DNA of 64,000 nucleotides from Eledone cirrhosa (lineage: Eukaryota). Within the stretch, counting starts at the first letter, position 1. Every line of letters starts with the position of its first letter. Where the stretch lies: NCBI GenBank assembly GCA_964016885.1, contig OZ024746.1:100192001-100256000 (forward strand). The letters are read 5' to 3'. Of the stretch, positions 56,501 through 64,000 are shown one piece after another. The position numbers were made by a program, and so were the translations under genes. The notes below the pieces were generated by a model that made no database searches, was not told the origin of the DNA, and saw nothing but the letters and a program-made list of their open reading frames with translations.

Positions 56501-59500
56501 ACCACCACCACTTCTAGCCGCCACCACCACCACTTCTAGCCACCACCACCACCACTTCTAGCCACCACCACCACCACTTCTAGCCACCACCACCACCACT
56601 TCTAGCCACCACCACCACTACTAGCCACCACCACCACTTCTAGCCACCACCACTTCTAGCCACCACCACTTCTAGCCGCCACCACCACCACTTCTAGCCT
56701 CCACCACCACTTCTAGCCTCCACAAACACTTCTAGCCACCACCACTTCAAGCCTCCACCACTTCTAGCCACCACCACCACTTCTAGCCGCCACCACCACT
56801 TCTAGCCGCCACCACTTCTAGCCACCACCACCACTTCTAGCCACCACCACCACTTCTAGCCTCCACCACTTCTAGCCACCACCACTTCTAGACACCACCA
56901 CTTCTAGCCACCACCACCACTTCTAGCCACCACCACTTCTAGCCTCCACCACCACTTCTAGCCACCACCACCACTTCTAGCCACCACCACCACTTCTAGC
57001 CACCACCACCACCACTTCTAGCCACCACCACTTCTAGCCTCCACCACTTCTAGCCACCACCACCACTTCTAGCCACCACCACCACTTCTAGCCACCACCA
57101 CTTCTAGCCACCACCACCACTTCTAGCCACCACCACTTCTAGCCACCACCACTTCTAGCCACCACCACCACTTCTAGCCTCCACCACTTCTAGCCTCCAC
57201 CACTTCTAGCCACCACCACTTCTAGCCACCACCACTTCTAGCCACCACCACTTCTAGCCACCACCACTTCTAGCCACCACCACTTCTAGCCGCCACCACT
57301 TCTAGCCGCCGCCACTTCTAGCCGCCACCACTTCTAGCCTCCACCACTTCTAGCCTCCACCACTTCTAGCCACCACCACTTCTAGCCACCACCACTTCTA
57401 GCCACCACCACCACTTCTAGCCTCCACCACTTCTAGCCTCCACCACTTCTAGCCACCACCACTTCTAGCCACCACCACTTCTAGCCACCACCACTTCTAG
57501 CCACCACCACTTCTAGCCGCCACCACTTCTAGCCTCCACCACTTCTAGCCTCCACCACTTCTAGCCACCACCACTTCTAGCCACCACCACTTCTAGCCAC
57601 CACCACTTCTAGCCGCCACCACTTCTAGCCTCCACCACTTCTAGCCTCCACCACTTCTAGCCACCACCACTTCTAGCCTCCACCACTTCTAGCCTCCACC
57701 ACTTCTAGCCACCACCACTTCTAGCCACCACCACTTCTAGCCGCCACCACTTCTAGCCTCCACCACCACTTCTAGCCGCCACCACTTCTAGCCTCCACCA
57801 CCACTTCTAGCCACCACCACTTCTAGCCGCCACCACTTCTAGCCTCCACCACCACTTCTAGCCGCCACCACTTCTAGCCTCCACCACCACTTCTAGCCGC
57901 CACCACTTCTAGCCTCCACCACCACTTCTAGCCGCCACCACTTCTAGCCTCCACCACCACTTCTAGCCGCCACCACTTCTAGCCACCACCACTTCTAGCC
58001 TCCACCACCACTTCTAGCCGCCACCACTTCTAGCCTCCACCACCACTTCCAGCCGCCACCACTTCTAGCCACCACCACCACTTCTAGCCGCCACCACTTC
58101 TAGCCTCCACCACCACTTCTAGCCGCCACCACTTCTAGCCTCCACCACCACTTCTAGCCTCCACCACCACTTCTAGCCGCCACCACTTCTAGCCTCCACC
58201 ACCACTTCTAGCCTCCACCACCACTTCTAGCCGCCACCACTTCTAGCCGCCACCACTTCTAGCCTCCACCACTTCTAGCCGCCACCACTTCTAGCCGCCA
58301 CCACTTCTAGCCGCCACCACTTCTAGCCTCCACCCCCACTTCCAGCCGCCACCACTTCTAGCCACCACCACCACTTCTAGCCGCCACCACTTCTAGCCTC
58401 CACCACCACTTCTAGCCGCCACCACTTCTAGCCTCCACCACCACTTCTAGCCGCCACCACTTCTAGCCGCCACCACTTCTAGCCGCCACCACTTCTAGCC
58501 GCCACCACTTCTAGCCTCCACCACCACTTCTAGCCTCCACCACCACTTCTAGCCACCACCACTTCTAGCCACCACCACTTCTAGCCTCCACCACCACTTC
58601 TAGCCTCCACCACCACTTCTAGCCTCCACCACCACTTCTAGCCTCCACCACCATTTCTAGCCTCCACCACCACTTCTAGCCGCCACCACTTCTAGCCTCC
58701 ACCACCACTTCTAGCCGCCACCACCACTTCTAGCCGCCACCACTTCTAGCCTCCACCACCACTTCTAGCCTCCACCGCCACCACTTCTAGCCGCCACCAC
58801 TTCTAGCCTCCACCACTTCTAGCCGCCACCACCACCACTTCTAGCCTCCACCACCACCACTTCTAGCCGCCACCACTTCTAGCCTCCACCACTTCTAGCC
58901 ACCACCACTTCTAGCCGCCACCACCACTTCTAGCCACCACCACCACTTCTAGCCACCACCACCACTTCTAGCCACCACCACCACTTCTAGCCACAACCAC
59001 CACTTCTAGCCTCCACCACCACTTCTAGCCTCCACCACCACTTCTAGCCACCACCACCACCACTTCTAGCCACCACCACTTCTAGCCGCCACCACTTCTA
59101 GCCACCACCACTTCTAGCCTCCACCACTTCTAGCCTCCACCACCACTTCTAGCCGCCACCACTTCTAGCCACCACCACCACCACTTCTAGCTGCCACCAC
59201 TTCTAGCCTCCACCACTTCTAGCCACCACCACTTCTAGCCGCCACCCCTTCTAGCCGCCACCACTTCTAGCCACCGCCACCACTTCTAGCCGCCACCACT
59301 TCTAGCCTCCACCACTTCTAGCCGCCACCACCACTTCTAGCCACCACCACCACTTCTAGCCACCACCACCACTTCTAGCCACCACCACCACTTCTAGCCA
59401 CCACCACCACTTCTAGCCTCCACCACCACTTCTAGCCTCCACCACCACTTCTAGCCACCACCACTTCTAGCCGCCACCACTTCTAGCCACCACCACCACC

Positions 59501-59915
59501 ACTTCTAGCCGCCACCACTTCTAGCCACCACCACTTCTAGCCGCCACCACTTCTAGCCGCCACCACTTCTAGCCGCCACCACTTCTAGCCACCGCCACCA
59601 CTTCTAGCCACCACCACTTCTAGCCTCCACCACTTCTAGCCGCCACCACCACTTCTAGCCTCCACCACCACTTCTAGCCACCACCACTTCTAGCCACCAC
59701 CACTTCTAGCCTCCACCACCACTTCTAGCCACCACCACTTCTAGCCACCACCACTTCTAGCCTCCACCACCACCACTTCTAGCCGCCACCACTTCTAGCC
59801 TCCACCACTTCTAGCCTCCACCACTTCTAGCCTCCACCACTTCTAGCCTCCACTTCTAGCCTCCACTTCTAGCCTCCACCACTTCTAGCCTCCACTTCTA
59901 GCCTCCACTTCTAGT
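53517..59915. repeat. 6.4-kb satellite of (CCA)2-4-CTTCTAG units (13/16/19 bp)
   Basis: Directly visible; first triplet varies CCA/CCT/CCG. Confidence 0.97.
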
Positions 59916-60461
59916 CACATAACCTACATTTATTGTAACTTTACCTGTGACACCTCATATGTAACAGCAAAACAAACTTTAGCTGCTGTACTAGTCTAGA
60001 AGTTTCTCAGTTCCCTGTAGACTGTTGTAGATGTCAGCCCACAGTGAGCGAGATATTTAAACAAGGGAATTCTCAAGGGGGAATTTTTTTCCTGACGTGA
60101 TTAAATGCAAGCAAACAATCCCTTAAGCCATTGCTACAGTCTGTGCTGTAGTCAACATTATCTATCACCAAGGCAACAGAAACACTTTAATGGATTAAAA
60201 GGATAAGACTAATGGGGGAGCAGGGTGGGACAAAACAGGGAAAATAACAAAATAACCAAATAAAAAAACATTGAATGAGAAAAATGTTTGTAATACAGTA
60301 ATAACACTATTTGTAGAATAAGTAGAATAAGTAGAACACTGTAAAGATTAACTCAATTTATATATTTCTATGTGTTACTTTTATGTGTTACCCACAGAGA
60401 AACCTCTAAATCAGTGGTTCTGAAATTCTTTAGAATGAGAACTGTCAAGATTAACTCAATA

Positions 60462-60620
60462 CAGGTAAAATTCCATTATAATGAATATCATTATAATGAA
60501 GTTTCCAGTATAATGAAATTTTTTTCAATCCTGGCTACAAGCTCGATGTGTTTTGGTCAATCTCGTTACAACAATTTTTTTTTTATACGCTGTGAATTTC
60601 ATTAAAATGGAATTTCTCTG
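60462..60620. mobile_element. Tc1/pogo-type MITE
   Basis: TA-caggtaaaattccattataatg ... cattaaaatggaatttctctg-TA. Confidence 0.7.
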
Positions 60621-60629
60621 TATACTTAC

Positions 60630-60792
60630 ATCATCATTATCATCATGATCATTTAATGTCCATTTTCCATGCTAGCATGGGTTAGACGGGTTGTCCCATT
60701 AGAGGCAAGTTGGGTCAGGTGACCATGTCCTGCTCATATAGAACTGTTTCTGGCTAGATTTCTATGGCTGGATGCCCTTCCTAATGCCAACC
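60630..60792 (-). mobile_element. RTE/SINE 3' tail
   Basis: (CAT)n-tttaatgtcc...ggctggatgcccttcctaa. Confidence 0.75.
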
Positions 60793-60831
60793 TACTTTTA
60801 TGTATAGGAACCTATAGAGAAGCCTCAAAAT

Positions 60832-61119
60832 CACTGGTTTTGAAATTTGTTTTACTCATGGTTCATTTTTGAAAAAGTAAAAATTTGTTGGCACACATTG
60901 TACCATAAATTCGAAAATTTATTCGAAAGAGTTGACATCATGTGATACAATTTTTCACAGAAATCTTGTTAAACTTTCACAGCTATATATGAACTTTCAT
61001 ATGAATTTCAGTTTGTCTTTTTCCCATTTTCAGACTTATTCATAGTCTTCTGCACTGCATCTAGTTACATCTTGTGGCGCTGCATCAGTGTGCCATGGTA
61101 CACAGTTTGGGAAGCAGTG
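60832..61119. mobile_element. hAT-type MITE
   Basis: Imperfect TIRs cactggttttgaaa / tttgggaagcagtg; 8-bp flanks ctcaaaat and ctctaaat differ by one base. Confidence 0.55.
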
Positions 61120-62042
61120 CTCTAAATGGTTGTTTGACCTACCAGAAATAAGAGTCCTCTCAACTGCTGGCTGTCATATCTTACATATTTTACTAGGTCA
61201 GGTGTAGGATGGTCAAATGGATGTCTATGTTTGCTTAGGACTATGTATGTATGATCCTGTAACTCCTGAGGGAGTCATTTGGTTGCCATTTTGACATACA
61301 ACATTTCTAGGGTATTTTAAAACTTTGTGGAGCCCATTCTTCTCCAGGTTTGAACACAGCAGACTTCTCCCAAAGAAGGATAAAATGTGAGAGAGAAGAA
61401 ATGATAAACAGATATAGAACAAGAAATGGCCCTCAGTACTTCAAACGAATGAAAAGCAAAGTTGACCTCGGCGGGATTTGAACTCGGAGAGCAGAGAGCC
61501 AAAATGAATAAGTTCTTAATACTGCCAATTTTCCGCCTTGCTTATAACTATATGGGCCCCTAAAACTATTAGTGAAGGCATGGTATATTCTACCAAGTCA
61601 TACTCGATTATCAATGACAGCTGTGGCCATAACAGTCATTATCACTGTCATTGTATTTACATCTGGTTTTCTATGCTGAAATGGTTATAAGGCTTTGAGA
61701 CAGTGTTTTATGGCTGAATGCCTTTCCTGACACCAACCTCTTCTGTTATTTTGTACAACACACAGAGTACGCCTGTACCTATTCTAAAATGCTAGGATAC
61801 ACATGGTTGTATATAATTGAAACCTATGGCAAGTGATAGAATGTTTAAAAACGTTCAAAACTTGAATATTTTTTCTTTACAAACCGGTTGAATTATCAAC
61901 AATAAAAGAATTAACTTGTTTTCTGACGTAAATAGTTTGATGAGAATATTCAAAAGGAATTATAAGAAGCAAAATGAAGGTCAGTACTTGCAAGTTGATT
62001 GTGTTCATTAGAGTATCAAAGAAATTTCTGTCATATATACAG

Positions 62043-62225
62043 ATAATTGTTTCTACTTTAGGCACAAGGCCAGCAATTACCCAGTGCATTACTGGCACTT
62101 TATTTTATCGACCCCGTAAGGATGAAAGGCAAAGTCAACCTCGGCGGGATTTGAACTCAAATCGTAAAGGGACGTAACTATGCTGGAAAGCATGGCGTCC
62201 GACCCTCTACCAATACTGCCAATCC
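62043..62225 (-). mobile_element. SINE family B
   Basis: Reverse complement of 36294-36475. Confidence 0.88.
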
Positions 62226-62491
62226 CGAAAAGGGTAATTAATTATAACCTATATTTCAATATTACCATCTTTACACATGGATACCCTTCATAGGATTTTA
62301 CATTAAGCTATTCTAATATGAAGATCAGTAGATTTTTATCTTTTAGTTGTTATACTCTTGATGACATTAATTTTATCAGAATATACAACTAATGTTTATT
62401 ACTTTAACCCTTTTGTGATCACATATTGCCCTTGTGTTTAAATCATCAAAATGTATGAAAGGTTTGGTGAAATAACTAAATTCTATAGTTG

Positions 62492-62864
62492 TTAACCCTT
62501 TAGCATTTACATTACCTTATTTCCCGGCACCGAAGACCCTTCGTCCTCGAGGACGCACCCGAATTTTGACAATCAAAAATTAAAAAAAAATAATAAACAA
62601 CCTTCGACCACCAGGACGCATGGTAGATTTTTGAGACATTTTAGGGAAAAGTAGCATCTTTGACGCCGGGAAATACGGTATTTTACTATTGTATTTTCAC
62701 CACATAATTATCTCTCATAATATCGAATCTATGAGATTTTGATGTTATTTATTTTGAGAACAATACTTAAACATTGGTATGAGTGGCAGGTTGCAGCTGG
62801 TTTGAACAAAAAGAGGTGAGAGAATTCTGGCTGGATACGGCTGGTTTAAATGCTAAAGGATTAA
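62492..62864 (-). mobile_element. piggyBac MITE-1 carrying a nested Tc2/pogo-like MITE (62515-62678)
   Basis: Outer TTAA-CCCTTTAGCATTTAC...AAATGCTAAAGGA-TTAA; inner TA-ccttatttcccggc...gccgggaaatacgg-TA. Confidence 0.82.
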
Positions 62865-63936
62865 ACTCTTCATGACATTAAAATCTTCTGTAAAAATATA
62901 TAATAAATATTTATTACCTTAACCATTTTGGGAGCATATTGCTAACAAAAATATATTACCCCTGTGGTTTAATCATCAAAAAGTATGAAAGGTTTAACTA
63001 ATGAGATTTCAGTTCAAGGTGATAATATATATTTGGACAATTTATTACAGATCATTCCAGGTAGGCTGGTTTTTAAAGGGTTAACCTCTTTCTAAATAGC
63101 ACCAAAGATGGCGTGTCTATGTAGCTGCTTTACCTGCATCAAATTAGCCTCAAATCACTGCCACCACCATCATCATCATCATCATCATCATTTAACATCT
63201 ATTTTCCACGTTAGCATGGGTTAAATCAGTTGTCCCATGTCAAGTCAGGTAAGGTGACCATGTTTTATACAGAACTGTTTCTGGCTTGGGTTTCTATGGC
63301 TGGGTGCCCTTCCTAATCCTTCTTTCCCTTATACATTACTTACTTCATAGTTTCCAATTAGTTCAATTATGCCTTCACCCTTTCATGGCTGCATTCCTAA
63401 TGAAATATACTATTTTAATTAATGAAGAATTTTGAGGGATTTACTAAAATTATTAACTATTTCATTGCTAAGATAGTAACTTAATGTAAGGTTCTTATAT
63501 AAAATAATGTTGGAAGATTTTAATTTAAATTGGAAACCTTTAAAAAGCGTGGTTTTATTTCATAGAACCAGAGATAGCTTTGGCTGGATTAGTAACTAAA
63601 GGGTTAATGAGTTATCTCTGTGTTCTTACATTTCCCCTATACTAGTTAAGTTTGTAGGAAATGTTTAATGACTTACCTAGAAAAGTCCAGTGATAGGTAG
63701 CACAAGAACTTATAATATTCCATCCAACAAGACAACCTTTTATCAACTGAATCAGAGATTCTCAAAGTGAGCGCTACCACCCCAGGAGGGGGGGGGGGGT
63801 GAGATGATATAATAGTATACTAAATATCAAATGATACATGCATATAAATATAGTAAAATAATATATATATATATATATATAAAAGTATATTATTCAAAAT
63901 ATTAATAAATGAAGACATTCATGTAATCAAAATATA

Positions 63937-64000
63937 TGTTTTATTATAAATATTTCGAAGGTACTGTGCTGTTTTTTTCAGTACGTCCTCGTCAGATAAA
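63937..64000 (-). ncRNA. Second copy of the minimal hammerhead ribozyme (element continues beyond the window)
   Basis: 63891-64000 is homologous to 10035-10144; tttat-CTGACGA-ggacgtactg..cagtaccttc-GAAA-tattta-TA-ataaa. Confidence 0.75.

Overview
AT-rich, repeat-dense eukaryotic DNA. The SINE families and very long (TA)n/(TACA)n tracts suggest an octopus or other coleoid cephalopod genome (inference). Only one host coding exon is supportable: minus strand 14826-15151, ending in the start of a PH domain, so most of the window is probably intronic or upstream sequence of that gene. The rest is a nested mobile-element mosaic: RTE, CR1, R4/Dong-like, L1/Tx1 and Penelope fragments, two tRNA-derived SINE families, piggyBac-, Tc1/pogo- and hAT-type MITEs, Helitron 3' ends, and four minisatellites (46, 60, 47 and 13/16 bp units). 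Almost all long ORFs in the track are microsatellite artefacts. The most interesting signal is RNA-structural. There are seven hammerhead-ribozyme-like motifs, two with an intact catalytic core and three sitting in fold-back palindromes. There is also a ~610-bp bipartite RTE-derived element that appears to begin with an HDV-like ribozyme fold. Two minisatellites visibly grew out of retroelement sequence. All alignments and folds were done by eye.
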